A model generated the notes under the pieces. That model saw only the letters and a program-made list of their open reading frames with translations, was not told where the DNA came from and ran no database searches. A stretch of DNA of 64,000 nt from a virus, in the IMG/VR virus record IMGVR_UViG_3300035670_000034, positions 32,001 to 96,000 of that record; one strand, 5' to 3'. The translations under genes were made by a program, and so were the position numbers. Shown piece by piece: positions 63,869-64,000 of this stretch. How positions within the stretch are numbered: the first letter of the stretch is position 1; the number at the start of each line of letters is the position of its first letter.

Positions 63869-64000
63869 TTGTCCAGCACCCACTCGATTACTTCGGCTTG
63901 TTCGTCAGTGACATCGTCGGTGAGTGGGGCAGAGAAGTAGTCCTCCAACTGGCCAGTAGCCCACTCGTAGAACTGCTCCATTACCTGCTCAGCCTCTTCA
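63865..64000 (-). CDS. 3' end of an acidic hypothetical protein (partial)
   Basis: EEAEQVMEQFYEW...EWVLDK* is open to the window edge. Confidence 0.5.
   Translation of the reverse strand, partial: EEAEQVMEQFYEWATGQLEDYFSAPLTDDVTDEQAEVIEWVLDK

Noticed and set aside
1-64000. Stop-codon reassignment
   Set aside because: ORFs up to 10 kb and dense gene tiling are obtained with the standard code.

Overview
The window is part of a large dsDNA tailed phage of Actinomycetota (WhiB regulator, HK97-fold major capsid protein, GH25 lysin, class II ribonucleotide reductase, primase-helicase, SNF2 helicase, SSB, two tRNAs). Layout: 1-30.5 kb head, virion-cargo and lysis genes (+ strand); 30.5-47.5 kb nucleotide metabolism, replication and regulation (mixed strands); 47.5-48.8 kb a non-coding polarised repeat array; 48.8-58.9 kb a 3355-aa protein; 59-64 kb small, mostly minus-strand early-type genes. 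Two systems stand out. (1) Five large 'polyvalent' proteins (877-3355 aa plus one partial) carry zincin, ADP-ribosyltransferase-like, kinase-like, DEDDh exonuclease, GNAT, zeta-toxin-like, KTSC and HTH domains. A recurrent linker [GASR]-[LI]-x-S-x-T (29 copies counted) sits at the domain boundaries, and the N-termini share tag-like motifs. This looks like protease-processed polyproteins of virion-packaged effectors. (2) The hexamer GYCCCG (either strand) was not found in positions 1-47.5 kb but occurs about 125 times in 47.5-64 kb. It begins abruptly as a one-strand array of 21 copies and then decays in density, like a macrodomain, centromere or packaging-type DNA signal. All counts and domain calls were made by eye without database searches; functional statements are hypotheses.
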